The notes beneath the pieces are model-generated. The model was not told the origin of the DNA. It saw only the letters and a program-made list of their open reading frames with translations, and did not search any database. Made by a program: the position numbers and the translations under genes. Shown here piece after piece: positions 27,882-37,686 of a DNA stretch of 64,000 bases. The DNA is from Candidatus Latescibacterota bacterium (GTDB lineage: Bacteria > Latescibacterota > UBA2968 > UBA8231). The stretch lies in NCBI GenBank assembly GCA_965203355.1, contig OZ241889.1, positions 544,001 to 608,000 of the forward strand. Reading direction: 5' to 3'. The stretch's first letter is position 1. Each line of letters opens with the position of its first letter.

Positions 27882-27973
27882 CCCCGATCCAGTCGCCGCA
27901 CCGCCGCGGCCTCTTGTAGCTTGGGGATGCGGTTATAGCCAACGTAGCGCGTTAAGTGCCCGCGCTGCATATT
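27882..27973 (+). repeat. Right copy of the comM 3' direct repeat (33-bp internal deletion, few substitutions)
   Basis: CCCCGATCCAGTCGCCGCACC/GCCGCGGCCTCTTGTAGCTTGGGGATGCGGTTATAGCCAACGTAGCGCGTTAAGTGCCCGCGCTGCATATT. Confidence 0.92.
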
Positions 27974-28012
27974 TCTTATTAGCCGTTCCCCATCACCAAA
28001 AAGGAAACGATC

Positions 28013-28942
28013 ATGGCCTCTATTCCCGATTCGCGCATTCCCTGGTACACTCCGGTCGGCGCAGTGGCCGTCGAAAAGCACACCCCAGACAAACCGCACC
28101 AAGGCAAGGTGCTGGCCGCCGTCCAAGCCCATGCCGACGACATTCCCCTTTTCTGCGCCGGCCTCGTTGCCAAGCTCATCGCCGAAGGCTACACCGCCTA
28201 TTTGATCCAGACCACCAACGACGAGAAATGCGGACCGGGGACGATGGGCGAAACCATCCTGCAGAACGAGCGCGAAGTCGAAGTGCTGGCCGGGGAGTTG
28301 GGCTTCAAACAGGTCATTCACCTCGGCTACCGCAATCACTTCCTCGACGAAGCCGCCCCCACCGAACTGCGGGCGCGGCTGGTCTTTTTGATCCGCGCCC
28401 TCAAAATCGACACCATCACCACGTTCAGCCCTTGGGGCCATTGGGAGGAAAATCCCGATCACTACGTCACCGGCCAAGCGGTCGAGGCCGCGCGCTGGAT
28501 GGCCGGCGCGGACAAGGATTATCCCGAACAACTCGCTTGCGGTATGCAGCCTCACTCGGTCAAAGACCTCTACTACTGGACCTGCCGCCCAGGACAGCCC
28601 TACAACACGATCGTCGATGTAGCGCCGCATCTCAGCGCCAAGATCGCCGCCATGAGTGCCAATAAAGCCCAAGGGCCAGCGGGTGCCCACGGTCGCCGCC
28701 TCAAGGAACGGCTGGCGCGCCAAGGCAAGCACCTGCCCGCCTTGGGCCATGACGACGAGGAAGCCGACCGCCAGTACATCCGCCTCTTTGGCCTGCAAGA
28801 GTACCAGCGCCTCGGCGCACCTTATGGCTTGCACTACGCCGAGGCGTTCTACTACATGCCGCCCGGTGGAACCTTTACCGGCGCGATGAGTGCCGCCGAG
28901 ATCGAGCGCTACGTCGCAGAACACGCCGAGGATTTGGGCTGA
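28013..28942 (+). CDS. PIG-L/LmbE family deacetylase
   Basis: AHADD, ENPDH, YAEAF. Confidence 0.85.
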   Translation: MASIPDSRIPWYTPVGAVAVEKHTPDKPHQGKVLAAVQAHADDIPLFCAGLVAKLIAEGYTAYLIQTTNDEKCGPGTMGETILQNEREVEVLAGELGFKQVIHLGYRNHFLDEAAPTELRARLVFLIRALKIDTITTFSPWGHWEENPDHYVTGQAVEAARWMAGADKDYPEQLACGMQPHSVKDLYYWTCRPGQPYNTIVDVAPHLSAKIAAMSANKAQGPAGAHGRRLKERLARQGKHLPALGHDDEEADRQYIRLFGLQEYQRLGAPYGLHYAEAFYYMPPGGTFTGAMSAAEIERYVAEHAEDLG

Positions 28943-29020
28943 GCAGTGCGCCCTGTTGCCGAGCAGAGACTAAGCTTACAGTCCAATAGGGCCTAAAAAA
29001 CCGACTGGGGAGAAGCCGCA

Positions 29021-29905
29021 ATGAAACTCACGACGGAACAGAAAACCGAATTCAACACCCGCGGCGTCATCATCGTCCGCGAGGCACTTACCCACGACGA
29101 CTTACAGCCAGTCATCGACGAGCTATCCTCGTGGATCGACGCACGGGCGCGGACGCTGCACGAAGAAGGCGCCATAGCAGACCTGTACGAGGACGCCCCG
29201 TTTGCCACGCGCTATGGCTTGCTGTTCAAACAGTGTCCGGCGATTGGGCACGGCATGGACATCATGCACTATCGGGGGCGGGCGATGTTCGCATTCCTTC
29301 GCAACGAAAACTTGCTCGACCTGCTCGAATCGCTGCTGGGTCCCGAGTTGACTTGCAACCCCATCCAGCACGTGCGAGCCAAGCCGCCGCAAGCCTACGA
29401 AAACCGCGAAGGCCCCTCTTTCCACAACGCGCCTTGGCACCAAGACGCTGGCGTGATGATGCCAGAAGCCGAAAGCTCTGACGTGATCACCTGCTGGCTG
29501 CCTTTGGCCGAAGCCACGGTAGAGACCGGCTGCATGGAGGTCTTGCCCGGCCTCGTCGAAACGGGCTATCTCCGGCACTTGGCAGCCGGCGGCACCACCA
29601 TCGCCCCCGAGGCCATGCCCCAAGTTGAACCCATTCCCTTGGAGTGCAAACGCGGCGATGTGGTGCTGATGAACCGCTTCACGCCCCATCGCTCGACCCC
29701 CAATTACTCCGATCAATGCCGCTGGTCCCTCGACCTGCGCTACCAACCCACGGGCCAGCCCACCGGCCGCACCGGCCATCCCGATTTTGTGGCGCGTTCC
29801 CGCCGCGCTCCTTCCAGCGAGTTGACCGACTACGAGGCATGGTGTCGCCGGTGGATCGACGCTTTTGAGCATCCCCGCGGCGTGGTCATGCACCGCGGGG
29901 AATAG
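29021..29905 (+). CDS. PhyH-family Fe(II)/2OG oxygenase
   Basis: PWHQD, TCWLPL, GCMEVLPG, GDVVL..TPHRS.PN..RWSLDLRY. Confidence 0.88.
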   Translation: MKLTTEQKTEFNTRGVIIVREALTHDDLQPVIDELSSWIDARARTLHEEGAIADLYEDAPFATRYGLLFKQCPAIGHGMDIMHYRGRAMFAFLRNENLLDLLESLLGPELTCNPIQHVRAKPPQAYENREGPSFHNAPWHQDAGVMMPEAESSDVITCWLPLAEATVETGCMEVLPGLVETGYLRHLAAGGTTIAPEAMPQVEPIPLECKRGDVVLMNRFTPHRSTPNYSDQCRWSLDLRYQPTGQPTGRTGHPDFVARSRRAPSSELTDYEAWCRRWIDAFEHPRGVVMHRGE

Positions 29906-30122
29906 CGCGGCGGTACGGCCCAAAACCAGCGAAATCGCCTTTAACGCCGCACTGTCGAACGCGCTGCGGACCAACGTCCACGGCGGGAAGAAAGCGCGGA
30001 TTGACGCTTCTTAAGCCGCATTAGCAATTTAGAGTATGCTGAAAGGCCGTTTCGTAGATGCTAGAGAAACTCATCCCTACATGTGAAGCGTTTGTAATCT
30101 ATCATGTGAAAGGAGCCTTTAC

Positions 30123-30563
30123 ATGACACATGTTGAACCGCGCAGCAACGGAGGAGAGAGAGTACTTAATACCTCAGCCGTTCTTGAGCAGACTAGCCAA
30201 GGCGCACAGGAAGCTGTGCTCGCCAATGCCCTACGCGACCTTTACGAGATAAACGACGAGGCCGACGAAGAAGGGATTCAGCCACCTTCCGAATTGGCTA
30301 TCGCCAACGCAGATCGTCTGATCCGATCCATCTATGACATATTGCCACGTCAGTATCTGGTAGAGCTACTGCCAGAGGGGGTTATTGCTATCACGGTTTC
30401 CGGCGGGTTTCGGCGTTCAGTTATGTTGTTGTGCGAATCGGATGGCGGAGCACTATGCTCTGTCAACATGAACGGCCAACACCGACGCGAGCGGTATGTA
30501 CACGCGAACCAACTGCCGGATGGATTTCTACGCGAAGCCTTGAGTGAACTGGGGCAGGAGTAG
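30123..30563 (+). CDS. Acidic hypothetical protein, putative antitoxin/immunity partner
   Basis: AAGGAG RBS; EEGIQPPSELAIANA...PEGVIAI...ESDGG. Confidence 0.55.
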   Translation: MTHVEPRSNGGERVLNTSAVLEQTSQGAQEAVLANALRDLYEINDEADEEGIQPPSELAIANADRLIRSIYDILPRQYLVELLPEGVIAITVSGGFRRSVMLLCESDGGALCSVNMNGQHRRERYVHANQLPDGFLREALSELGQE

Positions 30564-30568
30564 GCTGG

Positions 30569-30992
30569 TTGGCTCGCACGAGCCTCCCTCAGAGCATATC
30601 TCCAGACGAGACTTTGGGGCGAGGCGTATTTTCAAGCAAACAGGCACGCCAAGCTAAAAGCGGAACAATGCCCCGCCATGTATTTCTCGAAAGGCGGGGG
30701 AAAGTAGAAATCTCCGTTGACCGGCTTGATTTCGCGGGGCCCGAAGAGATGGCGACGCTTGGTGCCGAGGTCGCAGTTGGCCGTAGTCGAGATAGAGACC
30801 ATGCGGTCACATTTTATGGCTGGGCCATCATTACCGCTGAAGACGCGAGAAGCAATGGGCGGCGGGTGGTTGCCACTCCACAAGCCGGGAATCCATACCA
30901 TACAGACATTAGCCACGCACCGCGACGAACAAATTCGTCTCGCCCAAGAGCTGGCAGATGCTTCCTTATGGCGTGAGCACCCAAACTCCTGA
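30569..30992 (+). pseudogene. Putative ADP-ribosyltransferase-fold toxin with a frameshift near the 3' end
   Basis: ETLGRGV...ISVDRL...GWA...NPYHTDI; a helical-looking tail (RDEQIRLAQELADASLWRE*) lies in another frame after ~30910. Confidence 0.45.
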
Positions 30993-31125
30993 CTCTGACC
31001 CTTCGCGGATGGACTCACGCAAGCCCTAGGCGGCTCCGCCGACCGCCGCACAAGAGCTTGACCACGCAGGCCGATTGCCTTAACTCACTCTAGGCTGCCA
31101 ACGCAAACCGAAAGACAGGTGCAAA

Positions 31126-33066
31126 GTGGACCTAGACGAATTGCTCCGCGACGTGGACCTAGACGAAATGCTGCGCCTCTACGATGAGGCGGCTGAGGAG
31201 CTGATGCAGGTCGCCATCAGCGACGGCCACTTTGCTGCCCACAATCCAAGTGAAATCACCTGGCCAGTAGGCCGCGACCTCGACGCGCTCGTGCGCCGCG
31301 CCGAACTGATCGACGCCATTCACGAAGGCATCCCCCCGCTCCGCGACAAGCGCCTGCAAGAAGCATACGACCATTGCGAACGCATCGGCCCGGCCTACCA
31401 CCAAGCGAACCGCCTCTACCTAGCAACGCGCCAGCTCTTTGTCGAGCGCGGGCGCGGCGACGCACTCGATTTCCACGCGCTCTATCAATCGGTCTATATA
31501 CGCGCTTTGGGCCGCGACGATCCCTATACCCCGGACGAAGGCGAGGCCGCCCTCGTCGAGTTGCGAGTCGCCCGCGTACCGCTGTCCCACGCCCACGCTG
31601 TCGCCGAGAAGTTGCAAGCCGGTGCGGCACAAAAAGAGCCGGCGACCGAATGGACCGACGATCCGCGCTTGGCCGAGCACTACGCCTGCGAAATCGACCG
31701 AGTGCGCCACGCCGGGACGTTGCGCGACCTGCTTGGCGAGGTGGCCGAGCGCGTCGTCGATTACCTCGCGGCTGGCGAGCACCTCGCCATCCGCTTCAAT
31801 ACCTATAGCAACTTCATCTATCTCGGCATCTCGGTGTGGAAAGCCATCACGGACGCCGACGTGCTCTTGGCCCGCCTTGAGGGACGGGTGCGCGCCCAAT
31901 GGCACCAAAAGCTGTGCAAGCTGGTCCTGCTGGGTAAGGGCATGCTGCTCAAGTTCCTCCAAGCCCACTCCGAAGACCCCGCCCAAATCAAGCCGAAGGA
32001 ATTTTGGTACGGCCAAGAGTACAGCTACCTGACCCGCGACATGATCGACCTGACGCGCCGCTTAGTCCGGTACGTCAACCGACTAGCGAGCCGAGCACGC
32101 GGCGAAGTCGATCTGGTGGTCCTGCCGCCCTTGCTCGACGGCAAGGCCAAGGGCCGTTTTCTCGAACACCAGCACGTCGGGCGACGCCAGACCCTGGGCC
32201 CATGGAGCCGTCGGGCGCGTCTCTTTCAGTGGGCTTTCCTCTACTACCGCATCGGCAAGAAAAAAATGCGCCTCCTAGCGGCTCAACTCCCCGAAGCTGA
32301 GCGTCTCAAAGCCGCCAGTGCCCAAAGCAGCGAATGGGGAAGAAAATCGCTGGACATTTTCGGCATTGAGCTGACCATAAGCGCCGATCCGCTCTTCGCC
32401 GCCAGTGCCCGCGACCTCGATCTAGCCAACAAACAGGCGAAGGTCCTTTTTCTTCCCACGCATCGCAGCCTCTTCGACCATCCCGTAATGAGCAGCGTAC
32501 TCCACGACGCCCGCTTCCTCGAACTGATGGGCTGGCGCGAACCTCCCGCGCCCGTGATCCTCGCCCGCGCCCGTCTCACCGAACCCGCAACCCTGCGCAT
32601 TGGCGGCCGCTCTTTTTCGCTGATTGGCTTTACGACCGAGCAAGTTGATCAGATCATGGAAAAAGTCGATGGGCACGTCATTATGACCCGCTCGGCTGAC
32701 GCGAAAAACCCCACGCGCCGCTTTGCCGAGCTCCTCGCAGAGCGGCCAGGCGTCGTCTATGGCGAGGGCACCACGGCCGCCTTTGAGCCTCAATGCCTGC
32801 CCATGCAGCACGCGCTCTTTGCGTACCTGCCGCCCGACGTGATCATCGTGCCGCTGGCTTTTCGCGGCCTTCACTCGCTGTGGCCCAAGTGCCCGCGCGG
32901 GAATCTCAACATCGGCAGCGGCCGAGTCGAAGTGATGGTTTGCCCGCCGATGCTTGGCGAAACCACGCTCCTGCCGCGCAAACGCGCCCTGCGCACGCAG
33001 CTAGAGCCGGCGACGCTCTTCCAAGCCGTACACATCGCCCGGCTTTTCGATCCAGAACCAGCCTAA
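31126..33066 (+). CDS. Hypothetical protein: large helical N-terminal domain plus C-terminal lysophospholipid-acyltransferase-like domain
   Basis: PTHRSLFD (HxxxxD), YGEGT, IVPLAFRG in the last ~230 aa. Confidence 0.65.
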   Translation: MDLDELLRDVDLDEMLRLYDEAAEELMQVAISDGHFAAHNPSEITWPVGRDLDALVRRAELIDAIHEGIPPLRDKRLQEAYDHCERIGPAYHQANRLYLATRQLFVERGRGDALDFHALYQSVYIRALGRDDPYTPDEGEAALVELRVARVPLSHAHAVAEKLQAGAAQKEPATEWTDDPRLAEHYACEIDRVRHAGTLRDLLGEVAERVVDYLAAGEHLAIRFNTYSNFIYLGISVWKAITDADVLLARLEGRVRAQWHQKLCKLVLLGKGMLLKFLQAHSEDPAQIKPKEFWYGQEYSYLTRDMIDLTRRLVRYVNRLASRARGEVDLVVLPPLLDGKAKGRFLEHQHVGRRQTLGPWSRRARLFQWAFLYYRIGKKKMRLLAAQLPEAERLKAASAQSSEWGRKSLDIFGIELTISADPLFAASARDLDLANKQAKVLFLPTHRSLFDHPVMSSVLHDARFLELMGWREPPAPVILARARLTEPATLRIGGRSFSLIGFTTEQVDQIMEKVDGHVIMTRSADAKNPTRRFAELLAERPGVVYGEGTTAAFEPQCLPMQHALFAYLPPDVIIVPLAFRGLHSLWPKCPRGNLNIGSGRVEVMVCPPMLGETTLLPRKRALRTQLEPATLFQAVHIARLFDPEPA

Positions 33067-36000
33067 AAAAGCGACATTTGCTCGGCCTCCCGTCGGCGCG
33101 GCATGGCCGCATCCTCGCGCACGAGCAAATGAGCGGGGATCTCTTCTACAAACGGCGATGGCGCACACGGCACCCGCTCGCCATAGTGCTGGCGGCTGCG
33201 CGCCCGCAGCAACACCAACTCCTCCTCGGCGCGCGTCATGCCCACGTAAAAAAGCCGCCGTTCCTCGGCGAGGTCAGCGTCCCGCTCGCGGAAGGGAATC
33301 AGTCCGTCCTCCACCCCGCAGATAAAGACCACGGGGAACTCCAAGCCCTTGGCCGCGTGTAGGGTCATCAACGCGACGGCCTCTGGGCCTTGGGGACCGC
33401 CCCGCTCTTCGTAGTCGGCCTCTGCGCCTAGAAGCACAGTCTCCAATAGCTGCGCGAGCGTTCCAGCCTCGTCCGCCACTCGGGCCAAGTGCTGCAAATC
33501 TTCATCCTCCGGGTCGCCGAACTCGGCCTGCCAGCGCCGCAACCAAGAACCCGCCCCCTCCTGCGCGGCCCACTGCCTGTACTCTGCGATCCGCGCCTCT
33601 AGCACCGCGACCCGGTCCCGCGCCGCAGCCGACAGTTCGCCCCGTCGCACTTGGCGCAAAATGTGCGGCTCCGCGCCCATGGCCTCTAGCGCCTGCCAGC
33701 GCCGCACATCCTCTTGCGAGATCGAGGCGTAGCGGGCAAAAGCCAAAGCGGCCCGCACGGCCGGCGCCTGGAGAAAGCCCTTCTGCCCGACGAGCCGATA
33801 GGGCAGACCTTCCTTGCGGAAGCACTCTTCCAGCACTCGGCCCTGACGACCTGTGCGAAAGAGCACGGCAAAGTCGGCAAAACTGCGCGTACCCTCCGCG
33901 CCGGCATCGGTTTGCACCATGTCGGTGCCGCCGACCATGCGGGCAATTTCCCGTACCACCGCAATGCCCTCGGCCGTCTCGCTCGGCACCTCAAGGAGGC
34001 GGGTTGGCTCTTTGCCCGGGCGCACAGCCACAAGTTCGATGGCCTCGCGTCTCGGATTGCGGGCGATGACAGCGGCCGCAGCCTCGACAATGTGCCCCTG
34101 CGAGCGATAGTTGGTCCCCAAGCTAAAAACCTGCGCGGCGGGAAAGTTGTCGCGCAGACAGGCGAAGTAGTCCAACGAAGCACCGCGGAAGCTGTATATC
34201 GCCTGATCGGGATCGCCGATGGCCATTAGGCCCGCGCCCGCACCTGCTAACTGGAGGACCAACCCATACTGGGCGGCGTTGAGGTCTTGGAACTCGTCTA
34301 TCAGCAAATAGGGAAACCGCGCCCGCACCTGTTCCCGCACAGCCGCATCCGCTTCTAAGAGGCGCAGCAGATCCAAGAGAATGTCGTCGTAGTCGCAAGC
34401 CCCGTACGCATGTAGGGCCGCCTGATAGGCGTCGTAATGCGGTCGCCAGTTCTCGGCCACTTCGTCCGGCCCCTGCGCGGCGGCCTTGGCCAGCGAAATA
34501 GCTCGACCAGCGGCGGCAACCGACCCGGACAAACCAGCGTCTGCCAGCACCCCTTCGAGCAACCGCCGCGCTTCCACCTCGTCGAGTACCAGCTTTGGCT
34601 CGCAGCCCAAGTCCCGCAAGAGCGACAACGCCAACTGGTGGAAGGTCCCCACCCGCATCGCGCCCAGCCCGGACTCACCACCCAACAAAGCACTCAGCCG
34701 CTGCCGCATCTGTCCAGCCGCCCGCCGGGTAAAGGTAATGGCCATGATCTGTCCTGTGTTCACACCGCTGGCGACCAGCCCAGCGATGCGCCGCGTCAGC
34801 ACCCGAGTCTTGCCCGACCCCGGCCCAGCCACGACCACTAAAGGCCCTCCTGCGGCCTCTTCAACTTGCCGCTGTGCAACGTCAGAAGCGTCCGCGTCCT
34901 GCTCTGCTTGCTCGGTGCTAGCGGACCTTGGCGACTGTACCGCTGAAACGCGAACTTCCTCAGCCATCTTCGGCGCGGCCGTCGGTCCCAAGTCGAACAA
35001 CGCACCCTGCCCTTTTAAGCGCACCCGCTCCTCCTCGCTGAACACGCTGATTACGCCGTATTCCCCATCGTGGCCGGGGTAGATTTCGACTTCGCCGCAG
35101 CGCATCCGGCGTATGCCCTCAGCCACCAACGGCCCAGCGCAACTTTCAATCGCTTCGAGTCCAGCGTGGCGCAATAGTGCGAGCTCCGGGCCTATCTCGG
35201 CCAAGAGTCGGTCGTACACGGCGCGGACTTTTTTGCTCTTAGGGCCAACGCCCACCGCTGCACCGATCACTTCGTCGAGCGGGATCAAGTACTCGTACGA
35301 CGGGGCCTCATCCGGGCGGAATCCTTCCGGGCGGTCAGCTAGCTTCTCCACTCGGTGCAAAACCCCCACCGTCAGCTTGCGCCCGCACACCGGGCAAGTT
35401 CCTTGAGCCGCTATCGTTTGCGCTGGCTTGTAGCACACCGCGCATTTGCGATGGCCGTCGTAGTGGTATTTGCCCTCTTCGGGATAGAACTCCAAGGTGC
35501 CCAAAAAGCGCGCTGGGTTGCGGTATTTGAGCGCGGAGTAAATGCCCGGATACGAGCACTCGGTGTCAAAGCAGGTGGCTTCGCGAGCCAGCTTTTGCGG
35601 GGAGTGGGCGTCAGAATTGGATAGGATCGCATAGCGGTCCAAGGCCGACAGCCGCCAGTTCATCGGTGGATCAGAGGACAGGCCGGTCTCCACCGCGAAG
35701 ATGTGCGGCAGCAAATCCTCATAGCACTCCTCCAACGAGTCAAAGCCTGAAGAAGCACCCAAAACGGCAAAGTGCGGCGTCCATATATGGGCCGGAATGA
35801 AAAGCACGTCTTCGTCGGCTTCAAGGCAGATTTCTAAAAGGGCGCGGCTGTCTAGCCCCAAGATGGGCCGGCCGTCGGAGTGCAAATTGCCAATGGCGCC
35901 GAGGCGGCGGTTGAGTCGGGCGACGGATTCGAGGGTGGGCAGGATGACGACGTGGTGGATCTTGCGGGTTTTGTCGCCCTTCTTGTAGATGGTGCTGATT

Positions 36001-36278
36001 TCCACCGACAGCATGAAACGCACGGCGCGGCGGCAACTATCGGGCAGCTCTTGTTCCACCGCTTCGCGCCACCCGGCTTTGAGCTGGTACAGACCCTCTT
36101 CGGCTGGTTCGAGTTGCTCAGATAGTTCAGCGAACCACGCTGGATGCGTGTAGTCGCCGGTGCCTACTACGTCGACGCCTTTGAGCGCCGACCACTTGTG
36201 CAAATTAGCAGGGTTTAGGTCGCGGCTGGTCGCTCGCGCAAAACGCGAGTGCAAATGCACGTCGATTACGAACTGCAT
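33063..36278 (-). CDS. EndoQ-like PHP nuclease fused to a UvrD/Rep superfamily 1 helicase
   Basis: DVHLHSRFARATS, GTGD, PAHIWTP, ETGLSSD, NSDAHS, C4 Zn finger; AGPGSGKT, DEFQD, GDPDQAIYSFRGA, TLHAAKGLEF, EERRLFYVGMTRA. Confidence 0.9.
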   Translation of the reverse strand: MQFVIDVHLHSRFARATSRDLNPANLHKWSALKGVDVVGTGDYTHPAWFAELSEQLEPAEEGLYQLKAGWREAVEQELPDSCRRAVRFMLSVEISTIYKKGDKTRKIHHVVILPTLESVARLNRRLGAIGNLHSDGRPILGLDSRALLEICLEADEDVLFIPAHIWTPHFAVLGASSGFDSLEECYEDLLPHIFAVETGLSSDPPMNWRLSALDRYAILSNSDAHSPQKLAREATCFDTECSYPGIYSALKYRNPARFLGTLEFYPEEGKYHYDGHRKCAVCYKPAQTIAAQGTCPVCGRKLTVGVLHRVEKLADRPEGFRPDEAPSYEYLIPLDEVIGAAVGVGPKSKKVRAVYDRLLAEIGPELALLRHAGLEAIESCAGPLVAEGIRRMRCGEVEIYPGHDGEYGVISVFSEEERVRLKGQGALFDLGPTAAPKMAEEVRVSAVQSPRSASTEQAEQDADASDVAQRQVEEAAGGPLVVVAGPGSGKTRVLTRRIAGLVASGVNTGQIMAITFTRRAAGQMRQRLSALLGGESGLGAMRVGTFHQLALSLLRDLGCEPKLVLDEVEARRLLEGVLADAGLSGSVAAAGRAISLAKAAAQGPDEVAENWRPHYDAYQAALHAYGACDYDDILLDLLRLLEADAAVREQVRARFPYLLIDEFQDLNAAQYGLVLQLAGAGAGLMAIGDPDQAIYSFRGASLDYFACLRDNFPAAQVFSLGTNYRSQGHIVEAAAAVIARNPRREAIELVAVRPGKEPTRLLEVPSETAEGIAVVREIARMVGGTDMVQTDAGAEGTRSFADFAVLFRTGRQGRVLEECFRKEGLPYRLVGQKGFLQAPAVRAALAFARYASISQEDVRRWQALEAMGAEPHILRQVRRGELSAAARDRVAVLEARIAEYRQWAAQEGAGSWLRRWQAEFGDPEDEDLQHLARVADEAGTLAQLLETVLLGAEADYEERGGPQGPEAVALMTLHAAKGLEFPVVFICGVEDGLIPFRERDADLAEERRLFYVGMTRAEEELVLLRARSRQHYGERVPCAPSPFVEEIPAHLLVREDAAMPRRREAEQMSLF

Positions 36279-36313
36279 GTTTGCTCCCGGCGTTGGATAG
36301 GAATAGGTCGTGA

Positions 36314-36342
36314 TTGCCCGCGTTTCATGGCCATAGTATACT
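36314..36342 (+). promoter_or_regulatory. Sigma70-type promoter for the XRE-ImmA operon; the palindromic -10 could also serve the divergent gene
   Basis: TTGCCC-N17-TATACT; AGTATACT is palindromic. Confidence 0.5.
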
Positions 36343-36498
36343 AGAATATTCTACAACCAACAGCCAGACTTAGGTGACGCCTTTTGTCAGGGCTGTGTCT
36401 TGCTTCGCCAGTACGTCAACGAAAGCGTCGCCTAGGGCGTCCTCAGCTACGGTAGGAGACATCTTCGGCGACACTGTAGATGATCGTGGAGGTGCATT

Positions 36499-37686
36499 AT
36501 GAGTGGGCCTATTTACGTCAATCCCCAAGTCTTGCGCTGGGCGCGTACCAGTTTGGGGTTCTCGCAGGAAGAAGTGGCTCAGCGCATGAATAAGAAGGCC
36601 ACAGATATTGATGCTTGGGAACGCGGCGCGGCGTCTCCAACATATATTCAATTGGAAAAGCTGGCACACAAAATCTATAGACGCCCGATCGCATTATTCT
36701 TCTTTCCCGAGGTGCCGGAAGAGGAAACCATAGAGCAAGCATTTCGCACTTTGCCTGAGGATGAATTGCTGCGTATTCCGCCATGGATGCGTTACCTGAT
36801 CCGCAAGGCAAGGGTACTACAACTCAATCTTTCCGAACTGTGTGACGGTGTGAACCCGGCAAAACGCAAGGTGTTGCGCGATCTTGACTTTGCCCCATCT
36901 GTTGCTGTCGCCGACATGGCGAAGCAAGTCCGTACCTACCTAGGAATTGAACTCGCTGAACAGCAGGCATGGAAAAACACTGACGATGCTCTCAAGCGTT
37001 GGCGGGAAGTGCTGGAGGGATGCGGAGTCTTTGTTTTTAAGGACACCTTCAATCCGCCTAGCCAAAGGAGAGTACGTACAAGCGAGAGTCCTTTTTCTGG
37101 TTTCTGCTTAGAAGACCCGGATTTTCCGATAATCTACGTCAACAACAACAACGCTAAACCCCGTCAGATTTTCACCTTGTTCCACGAACTAGCGCATCTT
37201 CTGATGCACACAAGTGGGATATATATTCGGCAGGAAAGCTACATTGAGCACATGACCGGCGACGATAAACGCATAGAAGTGCTCTGCAATCTATTTGCCG
37301 CTGAGTTTCTGGTCCCCTCCCACGATTTCGAGGCGCACTCGGCTAGCAGTTCTATTGACGATCTCGCTATTGAAAGTTGGGCCAATCTGTACTGCGTTAG
37401 TCGCGAAACCATTCTGCGTCGTCTGCTCGACCAAGCACGAGTAAGCCAACATGACTATGAACAGAAGGTAGCGCAATGGTCGGAGCAAACAAGAGGTGGG
37501 GGTGGGGGTGGTAATTACTATCTGACCAAAGGAACGTATCTGGGTGAACGGTACATTGAAATGGTGTTTAGCCATTATCACCGAGGACACATTTCGGTGG
37601 AGCGAGTCGCCGACTATCTAGGTGAATCGACGAAGAACGTTCCCGGCATGGAAGAATGGCTCTTCAAGCAGGGAACAATGGCATGA
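36499..37686 (+). CDS. XRE-family HTH fused to an ImmA/IrrE Zn metallopeptidase
   Basis: LRWAR...SQEEVA...WERG...PT HTH; FTLFHELAH (HExxH); CNLFAAEFLVP. Confidence 0.9.
   Translation: MSGPIYVNPQVLRWARTSLGFSQEEVAQRMNKKATDIDAWERGAASPTYIQLEKLAHKIYRRPIALFFFPEVPEEETIEQAFRTLPEDELLRIPPWMRYLIRKARVLQLNLSELCDGVNPAKRKVLRDLDFAPSVAVADMAKQVRTYLGIELAEQQAWKNTDDALKRWREVLEGCGVFVFKDTFNPPSQRRVRTSESPFSGFCLEDPDFPIIYVNNNNAKPRQIFTLFHELAHLLMHTSGIYIRQESYIEHMTGDDKRIEVLCNLFAAEFLVPSHDFEAHSASSSIDDLAIESWANLYCVSRETILRRLLDQARVSQHDYEQKVAQWSEQTRGGGGGGNYYLTKGTYLGERYIEMVFSHYHRGHISVERVADYLGESTKNVPGMEEWLFKQGTMA

Larger units (their letters stand above)
24426..27973. mobile_element. ~3.5 kb defence islet at the comM 3' end (no integrase)
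   Basis: Flanked by the comM-derived direct repeat; contains only R-M genes and fragments; AT-richer core at ~24700-26575. Confidence 0.7.
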
